NCBI RefSeq assembly: GCF_963506605.1
Contig: NC_083281.1
Span: forward strand, 56,854,001-56,918,000
DNA length: 64,000 nt
Reading direction: 5' to 3'
Origin: Zootoca vivipara
Taxonomy: Eukaryota
Shown here: positions 48,107 to 60,026 of the stretch, one piece after another
Layout: each line of letters begins with the position of its first letter
Numbering within the stretch: the first letter of the stretch is position 1
Notes under the pieces: generated by a model
The model's input: only the letters and a program-made list of their open reading frames with translations
Told to the model about the DNA's origin: nothing
Databases searched by the model: none
Position numbers and translations under genes: made by a program

Positions 48107-50670
48107 AATAGTAACTGAAGAATTATGTGGGATTGTGCAGCACTGGCCCAACAGCACATCCCATTCAAGTGGTGGCATTGCTTACACTAGGACAGCCTTT
48201 GCCAACCTCTCGCTCTCCAGATGTTTCAGACTTCAGCTGCCATGAACCCCAGGCAGTATGGCCATATGACGCTGGGGCTTATGAGAGCTGTGTCCACAAC
48301 ATCTGGTGGCATTGGGTGGTGAAGCCTGCTTGAGGCTAATATGGTGGCCAGCTGTCAATGCCTGAGTCTACTTGCTTGAGACAGACATGGGATGGTGCTT
48401 TCTGTCAGCTCTGATCTGAGAGCTTCCCAGAGCCACTTGGTGAAACAGTTCTGGATGAGGTGGCCCACCACAATACAGTCAATCAATTGTTATGTATTCA
48501 TGGGAGACAGTTTTGAACTCATACACTAAACTACTTAGGAGCAGGAACGTGTCGCCTGTGGTTCAGGAAATTAGGATCCATTGGCCCCAATCCCATGGAT
48601 GTTTGCCTCAAAGTCAATATAACTGTGTTCAGTGAGGTTTGCTTCCACTTAATTCTGTAGAGGATTGCTACGGACGTGATATAAATAAGGACGATCATGT
48701 AAAATGTAATTTTTTTTCAATCCATTAACTTCTTGCACCACCGCTGTTTTGCCTCCAATCTCCATAAGGAAAAATATAAAAAATATTAATTCGTTCATCT
48801 GAAAACTTTGTTTCCACCATCTGATCAGGTGCCTTTGGTGACAATGAACACACATGACTATGACATTCTTTCCCTCAAAGAAGTGGCACGCACACACAAT
48901 CCGGTTGCTAATTGTGTTATTCTCTATCCAGCATGGTCAGCAGTGAGATAACTGTCAGCTTCCTACTAACTCCTGGCACCTCTAAAAAGAAAGCAGGGAA
49001 TGTGAGGGAAGAGTCACCAGGTTGATGTCCACGCACTCGCCTTCTGTCATGGTGTCACCATGATTCCCAGCCAAGAAAGTCTCTGGTTTTGCTGTGCCAA
49101 AAATGGGCCAGGAAGAAACAAATTACAGTCATGTTTTTACTTGTTGTCTTGGCTACATGATTTATGAGCCTCAGTGCAGCGATTAGAGATGAAAGAAAAC
49201 ATTCCAGGCCCAGGACCCACACATTGCTGAGGTCTTGTGTGCCTGGCCTTCTGCAGGAGTTACTGTAAAAGCAGGCTGGGGGGGGGTCATAGGAAGTGAC
49301 CCCACCCTCCCAAAAGGAAAATTACAAGGGGCACACTGGTGAGCACATACACTGGGTGCCAAGTGCCTTGTGGCTGCTGCTGTATGAAACTATCCCTGCC
49401 TGGAGAGGATCAAGAACAATTTCTAGGCCCTACTGTGGGTAACAGCTATGCAATTATTGACATCAATAAAGGTAACATGGGAGAGTAAGATACATGCACA
49501 CATAGATAGATAGTTTTATTTGCATGCTGCCTTTCCACAGTTCAAACCATGCTCAAGGCGGTTTACAACATGAATATGTAATTACAACATAATAAAAGTC
49601 ATGAACAATAAACAAAACATTTTTAAAAATACACAGAACAGAACAGAACAATGACCACATAAATCACAACAAGATCTAAAATAAAGATACGAAAAACCAA
49701 GAGCAACCCCCGCTCCCAGTACTCCAGCCCAAGAATATTTTGTGGAGCCTCAGCTTTTGTAGCTGGAGTCAGTCAGGGGCCCACCCTCCCAGGCCAGGTG
49801 GAAAAAAGTCTGCAAAGGAGGGATCAGGACACCCAGGACTCACAACCAAGATGGAGGAGCTTGCATGTGGAGGAACGAGAAAGTGGGCTTAAAGGTCTAG
49901 TCTGCTTTTTTTGGATGTAAAGCACCACATATATTGCCACAAGAGAGAAGATGGTCATGATCCTTAGCCCAAATTCCATCGATCCTTCTCTGTCCTAAGA
50001 CCGTATGCTTAACTGTGAAAAAGAAGGAAGGGCAGGAACATAGTTAAGGTTGCTGCAGAGAGTGGTTGGTTTAATGGCTATGGTCTAACAAGCAGAGGGA
50101 AATAATCTCCACTTAAGGAATAAGAACATCAGAGAGAAAGAGAGAGAGAGAGTTTTGAGGAGTAAACGTCAGAGAGACAAAGGTCAGCAGCATTATCATC
50201 AGAAATAAAAATAGTCTGCCATCTCTTCTCCTTACCTGGCTCAGTCAACCACTTCTCCCATATGTCCGCTTACCCATGTCAGAAATTTGTTGCATTTGAA
50301 GGGCCCTGAGGCTGGGTGTTGCTGATGGAATGGTTTCCAGCAGGCTCATGCGCCCCAGAACCACTCTTATTAGTACAGTAACTAGCTGGCCCTGCCACGC
50401 ATTGCTGTGGCTAATCCAGGTGATTCCCCCCACCCTGTTGTGCTTCAAAATATCTGTGCTTCAAAATATCTGGAGGGTGCCTGGTTGGGGGAAATTGTTC
50501 TGTTGCATCCTACTCCGGGGCTTATTGATTTCATGTCTGGTTTTTACAGCTGCTGCTATCATCTGCTCTATAAGTACAATTGGATTTTTGGTTATCACTG
50601 ACATGACCCAAGTTGGTAACCCCCATGTTTTCTATGGCCAAGTTGCTGTGCATTTCAACTGGGTAATTAT

Positions 50671-51296
50671 TGTGGGAGTTATTTGCAGTCAAAGCTAACA
50701 ATGCATACCTATACTAGTTAGTAAATGAAGGGGTTAAAGACCACAGAGATGTAAATTATTAGAGAAGGGACAGATAGGTCACACCCCCTCACATTTGGGA
50801 ATAAGTATTGTCTGCTTCTTGTTCCTCTCCTTCTGTTGAACCATGTAAGCTGAGCAGATGTTTGAGACTTGGACTCCAGACTTAGGCTGCATGTTTGAGA
50901 TTAGTGTTTGCCTTTTGTAATAAATAATATACTGCCTGTGTTGTTTCTGCTGTTGTATTGAACAATGCATGAGTGAGACCTGTAAGTTACCGTAAGTAAA
51001 GCATTTAAACTTACTAAAGTTTGTGGTCTATTCACTCTGAGAAAGCTAGAGGCAGAAGAGAACTGTAAGCACTTAACACTTGGACATTTAAAGTCTAATA
51101 ACCTATATTTCCCACACTTTGCAAATGCTGCGTAGATCTGAGTTTTAAACTCTTCTGGAGGCTGTTTTGGCTGCAGAGTGCATAAAGTCCCATGTTTGTT
51201 TGTTTTTATTCTAAGCAATCAGCCATTTTTTCTTTGTAGTTCCCCACACACATGGAACTTCAGGAACAACTAGCATTCTCCAGTTATTTCCCAACA
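50671..51296. mobile_element. Solo LTR
   Basis: Termini TGTGGGA...TCCCAACA, perfect 5-bp TSD ATTAT, related to 34580-35528. Confidence 0.75.
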
Positions 51297-53473
51297 ATTA
51301 TGATCTCAATGGGCTTGTTCGTTTTGAAAGCCCTGGTCTCCCAGTTTTCAAAATCCAATTCCAATCTGTGGTAAAGCACAAGACTGAGTAGGACAACCAT
51401 AAATTACATTTCACTCTGCTTGAATTTGCTAAAGGAATGTGGAACTGGTAAGGCATTTTGTCTAGCTGGCCCTTGGTGGGGCTGAAACTCCCATGATCTC
51501 AAAGCAGCACCTACTATTATGTAGCCATCAGAGTAGGTATCAACACTGCAGATATTAGGTACAGGGTGTGTGGAAGGCTTTCAGTAGAGGAGTAATATTC
51601 ATGAAGATCTAAGAGCTAATTTTCAGATACGTTTTGAAATAGAAGGATTGCTGCCTTTGAGATATAGCACTCATACCTGGGCCCATGTGAATGTTTATAA
51701 CTATAGAAATTCAACATAGAATTGGTGAGTTAGGCAGAAATATTGTTGCTCCCCCAAAGAATCTCATAATATGGTTTGAAAGACAAGGGGGCAAATTCAT
51801 CCCCTGCTCACACACCCCACCCCTTGGAGGGCTTTCCAGAAGCCCCAGATAACAACACTCAGGTCATCTTTCAGCAAATAAGCGAATTGCTGTAATGAAG
51901 GGAATAGAACTACCCTACCTACATTTTTGTTTTTATGACTGCAGATAAGCTGGAGCCACCGTGCAGATATGGAAGCATCGTGACCGTGCGTCTCTGGCCT
52001 GTTGTTATCTCAGCCCATTCCAACCCTCTGCAACTTGATGGTAAATAAATGAAGAGGCTGTTGGGCTGCCCTCCAGCTCATGTGGTTTAACTTGCTTAAC
52101 TGGAAAATAAAGAGAAATGCCATTTCCTGTGAAAATGATGGCTTTCCACACTCCCCTCACCCTGAAAATATTTCCCGTGACTGAATAAACAGAGGACAGG
52201 AAGGCAAGGCTGTCATAGGGGGATAATCAGGCAAAAAGAGAAACACACACCCCATAATTCATACAACTTTTGTATCTGAATGTGGTGGGGCCCCTTTCCC
52301 ACCCATCTCCCTTGTCAGTGAGAGCAGGTGAAGAACTGGAGATCACGTCTCAAATACTCAGCATATTGGCAAAGTTTTGTAATTTTACTCTGAAAGCTGA
52401 TGAATGTACTTGGATCAATCACTTTCTTGCCCTCATATGCCAAGGTTCATTTGTGCAGTGATGTGAATCATTGCTCAATTCAGCTGAGCCAATTGCCAAA
52501 GCCCAGAAAGCTATTGAAATGTAGCTGCACTTTGTTGTTGAGGTTCAAATGAATGTGTGTCCTCAGTTCAAACATTTCACTGTTCAGAGACCCATGTATA
52601 CAACATGCAACATGCACAGCACCTTGGCTTGTATCTGGTTTAAAAGTTTGTCAGGCTGCTCAGGATACAGGTTCAAGCATTTATATCTGCCCCACAGCTT
52701 CAATTTTTATTTTTAAAATACAAAATAGATTAAACTGGGACATGCAGCAACTGTTTCAGTGTGGAGTGTTACTGTCCAGGGTTCTAGTTTCTCTATTTAA
52801 TTCACCTTCATCAACCTTTGTCTTCCTGTTCCAACCCCCACCAACTTGCACTCCATCTCAGTCCTGATAGGGCTGTTTCTGGGGTCCACCCCACATTCCC
52901 AGCTTTTTGTTTCTCCCAGCTGATCAGTTCCTGTTGTGCTGGTGCTACTGTTTTGACTGCATAAGAAACCAGCATCACAGCCTGAAGACTAGAAACAGAG
53001 GGTATGGTTATGGTGTTTTATGAGGTTAAATGTACAGAAGAATAATTAAGAGTGTAAAAATATTTGGCAAGTGAGTCACATTTATTTCAACCAGTATTGG
53101 TCCTAAGAAAGCATACCTAGGTTTGTAACTAAGCTTAAAGAAAATCCAATTAAATTAGCAAGATATATTCTAAATATAAGTAATTTTGTAAACTGCTTAG
53201 AGATTTTCATACAATCAATCGGTATATGAATTTTGTTACATAAATAAAATAAATAAATGTATTTAGAACTGACAGTCATTTCCACACCATATGTTGAAAG
53301 TACTCTCACAGCACTTTAACTGTTATGGCTCCCACCAAAGAATCCTCGAAACCAGTTTGTTAAGTGTTCTGGGAATTGTGGCTCTGTGAGGGGTGTCCTA
53401 AAACAAAAAGAAATGATTTTGAAACAGGTTTGTTCTAATGTGTTTGTGAAATGATTGTTGATTAGTGTTTTCA

Positions 53474-54214
53474 AGAAATATCAACAACCTCAGATATGCA
53501 GATGACACAACCTTGATGGCAGAAAGTGAGGAGGAATTAAAGAACCTTTTAATGAGGGTGAAAGAGGAGAGCGCAAAATATGGTCTGAAGCTCAACATCA
53601 AAAAAACTAAGATCATGGCCACTGGTCCCATCACCTCCTGGCAAATAGAAGGGGAAGAAATGGAGGCAGTGATAGATTTTACTTTCCTGGGCTCCTTGAT
53701 CACTGCAGATGGTGACAGCAGTCACAAAATTAAAAGACGCCTGCTTCTTGGGAGAAAAGCAATGACAAACCTAGACAACATCTTAAAAAGCAGAGACATC
53801 ACCTTGCCAACAAAGGTCCGTATAGTTAAAGCTATGGTTTTCCCAGTAGTGATGTATGGAAGTGAGATCTGGACCATAAAGAAGGCTGATCGCCGAAGAA
53901 TTGATGCTTTTGAATTTTGGTGCTGGAGGAGACTCTTGAGAGTCCCATGGACTGTAAGAAGATCAAACCTATCCATTCTGAAGGAAATCAGCCCCGAGTG
54001 CTCACTGGAAGGACAGATCCTGAAGCTGAGGCGCCAATACTTTGGCCACCTCATGAGAAGAGAAGACTCCCTGGAAAAGACCCTGATGTTGGGAAAGATG
54101 GAGGGCACAAGGAGAAGGGGACCACAGAGGACAAGATGGCTGGACAGTGTTCTCGAAGCTACAAATATGAGTTTGACCAAACTGCGGGAGGCAGTGGACA
54201 CGACTAAACAACAA
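53474..54214 (+). mobile_element. 5'-truncated BovB/RTE LINE (C-terminal part of reverse transcriptase)
   Basis: RNINNLRYADDTTLMAESEEELK...KLNIKKTKIMA...IDAFEFWCWRRLLRVPWT...LEKTLMLGK, with the tail CACGACTAAACAACAA. Confidence 0.93.
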
Positions 54215-54989
54215 GTTGTGTACGAAGGTCTGTTGTGTGTCCCAGTGTAGTGGAGGTGGCATCTACATAGAACACTTACATTCAGTTGCATAGCCTTTAG
54301 TAACCTGGTGCCTTCTAGGTGTTTTGGATGACATCTTTGGCTGTGATGGGAGCTGTAGTCCAAAACAACTGGAGGGCACCCAGTTGATGAAATCGGCAAT
54401 AGCAAGTGTTGCACTCTTCAAGCTCTTTAGAATTATTCCAGCCTGAGGGTTCTTCTGAAAACTCTTACGTGGACTCCTGGTGCTCCCTTAAAATCCCAGG
54501 TAAGGCAGAGGTGGAAAGATAGAACTCATTTTCTCATTCACTTATTTTAAAATATTCCTAGGTAATATTGACAGTCCCCTTCCTGGATCCAGAAAACCTC
54601 CCTGCCAGCAGAGTACTTACACATACCCACTGTCATAAGGTAGACATCCTCTTATCTATTTGACTGCTGAGAGACTTTTTGTTTTGGTAAGCCTATCTAG
54701 ACATATATAGTTACCTTTATATGTTTTAAGTTTTATTATTTTCAATCTGTGTTAAAATGGTTATGCTTTTATGCTTTTTAACATTGTTTTGAGTATATAT
54801 TAGTGTATCAGCTTCTCAGACTTAAGTGTACGTGTATATAATTTATATTGAAGAGTGGGAAGATATCAATCAACCCATCCTTTCCATACAGGCTATCTGC
54901 CTGTCCACGCTTATGCCATTCCTCTCAAAAGTCCCGTATGAAGCACATTCTAGTGAGTCGTACGTGTTTACTAAGAGAAAAAATCCCTT

Positions 54990-55450
54990 CTTTCCTACCC
55001 CCGTCGGCCGCCTTCTGAAAGTAGACTATTTCATTGGCTGACAAAGCCAACGGCGCGTCGTTCCGATTGGCCTCTGAGAACTATGCCCTCCTTCACCTCA
55101 TCCCACCCCCGCCTCTCCACCTGGCTGGTGAGTGGGCGTGGCCTAAGATACGGCGGCCGCGGAAGCCCAAGATCCCCTTCCGTCGAGGCGGGCGAGTCTG
55201 AATGGGGTCGATGAAGGAGCACGGTAGCGGCGGGGACGCGCCGGAGACGCGCGAAAGGGGCCCCGTCTTCACCCTGGACGAAGTGGCGAAGCGAAACACC
55301 GACAAGGAGACCTGGCTGGTCATCAGCGGGCGCGTCTATGACGTGACCCGATTCCTCAGCGAGGTGGCTATGCTAATTTATGCAAATGAGCCCCCCACCC
55401 TCAGGAGGGGGCTGTTTTCCGTGATACGGGAGCGGGGGCTTGTGGGTGGA
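54990..55450 (+). promoter_or_regulatory. CYB5B CpG-island promoter
   Basis: CpG-rich, with inverted CCAAT boxes (ATTGG near 55033 and 55066) and GC boxes CCCCGCC and GGGCGTGG. Confidence 0.7.
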
Positions 55451-58400
55451 TCCATTCCTGCCCAGGGACTTCCTGGGAGCAAGGAGGGAGATGCGGGGCC
55501 TTGCAGAGGTCATGAAGGCCCCAACCAGGCCTGGAAGGGCCGAAAGGGAAGACCCCAGCTGGCCTCTGCCGGGCGGGGTGAGGGGGCTGGAAAAGGCTAG
55601 CCTGCAGGCTAAACATTGGGGCTAGGCCCCGACGGAACCTCTTCCAGCCTCCTGGACTTTCAACACAAGCAGCCTGTAGGTTGGGAAAGGCAGAACACAA
55701 CGTCATAATGTCCAGGCTAACTTCCTCCAGCTCCTGACAGGCACAGGGCGTTGCTTTGCCATAGCATCTCTTGTCTTCCTTCTAAGACTGTGGGCAGGTT
55801 CACCCCCTCCCCACAACTTCAGTGGGCTGAGTTTCCTCAGTTATCCTTTGAAAATGTTAAAAATGTATACATAAAAAGTAGCAATACACAGAGAGTAAAT
55901 CTAGTCAGCCAAAGTCAAGTGAAAGACCCACATGAGGGAATGGAGGTAAAACAAATGCTTTGCATGTAGGAAGCCTGCAGATTCAGTCTGCAGCACCTCC
56001 AGTTTAAGGGGTGGTACACTCTTGCCTGAGATATTGGATGGCCAGTGTCAGGGGGAAAGGCTGGGAAAAGCCTTGGAGATCCACTGCATGTCACTTCAGA
56101 TGAAGGGGAGGACAGGAAATTATCTGAGGCCCTGTAAGTATTTTCAGGCTCTCAACTCCCATCAACCCTAATGGCCTAATTATCCCAGTGGCCTGGGATA
56201 ATAGGAACTCATTTATTTACTTCTTTATTACATTTATATATCACTTTTTTCTCCATGGAGCTCAAGGTGGCTTACATGGTTCTCCCGCTCCTCATTTAAT
56301 CCCCACAACACCCCTGTTAGTAGGTTAGGTTGAGTGAATGGCCCAGTGTCACCCAGGGAGCTTCATAGCCAAGTGAAAATTTGAACCCTGGTTTCCCATG
56401 ACCTAGTTCAGGGGTCCCCAAACTAAGGCCCGGGGGACGGATGCAGCCCAATCGCCTTCTAAATCTGGCCTGCGGACGGTCCGGAAATCAGCATGGTTTT
56501 ACATGAGTAGAATGTGTCCTTTTATTTTAAATGCATCTCTGGGTTATTTGTGGGGCATAGGAATTTGTTCATATATTTTTTCAAAATATAGTCTGGCCCC
56601 CCACAAGGTCTGAGGGACAGTGGACCGGCCCCCTGCTGAAAAAGTTTTGCTGACCCCTGACCTAGTTCAACACACCGACAACTATGTCACACTGGCAGTC
56701 CAACAATTTCTAGAAGGCTGCAAGTGTCCCCTCCTCTTGAAGCAGACAGTATTAGGATAGTGGACCCAGTGGGTTGACCACATGGCAGCTTTGTAGGCAC
56801 ACACAACTGCTTATAGACTCCTCTAAATGAGAACAGGATAGGAACAAATGCTCGTTAAGGGTTTGCAAAATTCAGCTAACCCTCTGTGTGAACATATCTT
56901 ACGGTGCAGCCTCTTATTAAGATTTAGGACCTCACAGGGTTGATGTGAACATTTATATGAAAAGGATTTTCAACTATTTGGCGCACTAAAATGCTTATAG
57001 AAATGATTATTAACTACTAGCAGCCTTGTACCTGGAATTGCTCAGGAATTCTAAGAAATCAAAACATCAGTGCAGTTTTGAAAGGTTCAGTTCTGTGTGG
57101 CATCTTGATTTCAAATGGCTTCCCATTGTACCCAAACAAAGATAAAAGACGCCTCCTTGATCTCAGGAACCATTGTGCAAAATTTGGTTACAGTGTCTTA
57201 AGAGGTGTCCAAATGCATAGCAAACAGACAAACCATTTTCCAAAATACCTAATAGATGCCAGTACTTTAAAAAGCAAGGTAAGCTTTGCAGGAAGTGGCC
57301 ACTGTATTGGAATTATCCATATTTCAGTGCCTGGTATCTAACATAAAATATTGGTTTAAGTCTGATTAATTCCTCAACTGCTTATGAGCTAATTCCCAAT
57401 TCTGGCTTCTCTCTGACTTTGAAGTTGCTGTTTACTTCCCAGCAGTACTGATTAAGAGGGATGGGGGTGGAATTACTGTGTGTGCACACAGACACACACG
57501 ATCACTTTCCTCTTTCCCCTTCCCACCAGTACACAGTGTCTTAAGACAAGACAAGACAAGAAAAAGTCTTAAGTTTCTGGTAAATGCACATCCAACACCA
57601 TACTCTGAATCAGATCTAGATTGCAATACCATCTGCAAAAAGAGTAGTCTGGAGACTGAGGACTGTGGGGTGGTCTAAATTACTGTTTATTTCACTTAGG
57701 TTTCTAGACCTCTTTTCATTGCCTACCCAGAGCAGTTAACAATCACTACATAAAAGCAACGCAAGACAATAAAACTATATTAAAGTAATTAGTGCTTCAT
57801 TTTAAAAAAAATCTATAGCTACTGGTAATTACAGAGATAAAAGGAAATGTCATGAAAACATAAATTTGTAAAAGAGCCTCATAGGTTTGTCCTAATATAA
57901 AATGCTTTTAGGCCAATCACTAGCTACTTACATGCTTTGGCCTCTTTGATTATGTATGGTAGTCTAATGGATTGAGACCACCACTGAGAAGACCCAGCTA
58001 TGTCTTTACACTTGTGTGCCTGTGTGTGAGTTTAATCAAGGCCTCTTTTACTGTTTTGAAAGGATGGATGAGCTCACTAGGAAAGAGAAGTGCTTTCTGT
58101 TGGTCTTATGTTGAAGCTGTGTATAGTACCTTTCAGACTCCTTGTTAGTTCAGTAGTTCTCAAACATCTTCTCCCATGGGACTGCTTGAAAATTGCTGTA
58201 GTCTTGGATGATCACTTATTGATCTTTCTGCCTATTTTAGCAATTGTACTACAATGTTCTTCAACCTGAAACTTCTTGTGCTTTCTTGCTGCATGATGCA
58301 TGAGTGAGATTGTGGTTCAGCCTGAAGTGCTACCACTGGCTTGTTGCATAAAGCAGAGGAGGCCTCTTTGCAAAGAGATAATTGTGTTGTGCTCCTGAGG

Positions 58401-59985
58401 CTCCAGCAGCTTGTCATGTCAACGGGCTATATGCTGATTTAGTCCTTGAAGCCTGCCAATTGCAGCAGGGATTACATAAATCCAATTCTGTTTAGTAATG
58501 TTGCAGCAAATATACATATTAAAGAATGAGACATTAGACTCTTCATGTGATAGAAGCACATTGGAATGAGGGAGACCTGGAGCTCCAGAAAGCTAGGAAT
58601 TGAATTCCTGGGTAGCTCAGGAGCTGCCTGTGAACACCAGCTGGGTACCCATAATGTATTTCAAGGGAGGGTGCACAGGAATGCTTGCTTCTGTTCCCCT
58701 TCTCTTGTGTGCCAAGAGAAGGGGCTCACTATGTTCTCCTGCTCCAAATGCAAGTTGCTATGAGACTTTGGAAGATTTAAAATCAAACGTCTGAATAGCA
58801 TTAGCTCCGGCAAAGAGCTGTAGGTTCCTATTCTTGCCTAGAGTGGGGGCATCTTTGCTGGGTACTTTCCAACTTGGTTTGGCACTCTGTTCTCTACTGT
58901 CTGCTTGATGACTTGGAGAAAAATTTTCTGGATGTAAATGGCCTTTTGGCTGTGGATGAATTCAACTTCTCAAACTGACTGTATATCAGATCATCTATCT
59001 TATTGATCCAGCTTTTCTAAGTGACATGGAATGCCAAAACTGTTCTTTAAGGAGAAACTTAAAACCAGAAGATACCAAGAACTTAAGGAAGCATGACACA
59101 CACTAGCCCAATTCAAAAGCTACCTTTGTATTTGTCTCCTCTCTCCTCTCTGGTAGTATGGAAACCAGATTCAATGCCTGAGAGATTAGTTAGGAATGAA
59201 TACTATCCATTCTCAAATAAGCTTTGCTTAGCTTCTTTCCATGCCCATCCTTAACTTTCAGTTCATAAAGACAAATGAAAGAAGTCAATTGCTGGTGGCT
59301 TAAATCAAGCCCTTTTTGCTTGTTGTCCATTTCTAAGGCCTTCAGTGTCCACACCTCTTGTGTCATTCTGGGGAGAAATGTGAGCTGCCAAAGGGGGAAG
59401 CTGATGACGTCAATCAGAGATTACTCTCATCACCTCTGCCCCCTGCCTCGCCCTTGGAGGCTTCTTCTTCTTTTTTCTTTTTTTTACCCTGGGAGCAAAA
59501 TCCACCCCAGGGATCCTTCCAGCACATTGAAGGTGTGCCTGGGCATGTTTTGACTGCATTGTACTCTCTGACCTGAGATGCTATATGTGGCTCCTGCTCT
59601 GTCAAAATTCAGTGGCATCTACAACCCAAGGGAGAGGTACCAGGAGTCAAACTATTGGAAGCAAAATGCAGATAGTGTAGGAAGCTTCTCCTTTTAGCAC
59701 ATTGGGCAATTGACTACCTAGCCTCACACTATTTATTCCAGTTGCAAGTATCTGTCCACTATTATTGCTATTATTTAGATTTCTTACCTGCCCTTCACCA
59801 TAAGGTCCCAGGATGGGTTGCAGCAATGTAAAATATAGTTAAAAACAACTTTGAATCAGAAGTATAGTGTGAGCCCTAAAACATTTATTGATTTTATATA
59901 TCTTCCTTCTAAGGGTGCCCAGCGAGACAAAAATATACACAAGCAATAAAAGACCAAATATCAATTTGAGTACTAATGCAGACAT

Positions 59986-60026
<41 letters not shown>

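Noticed and set aside
53722-54414. 230-aa minus-strand ORF
   Set aside because: Antisense of the BovB reverse transcriptase frame.
55369-55387. ATGCTAAT/ATGCAAAT octamer-like pair at the start of CYB5B intron 1
   Set aside because: Short motifs whose function cannot be supported from sequence alone.
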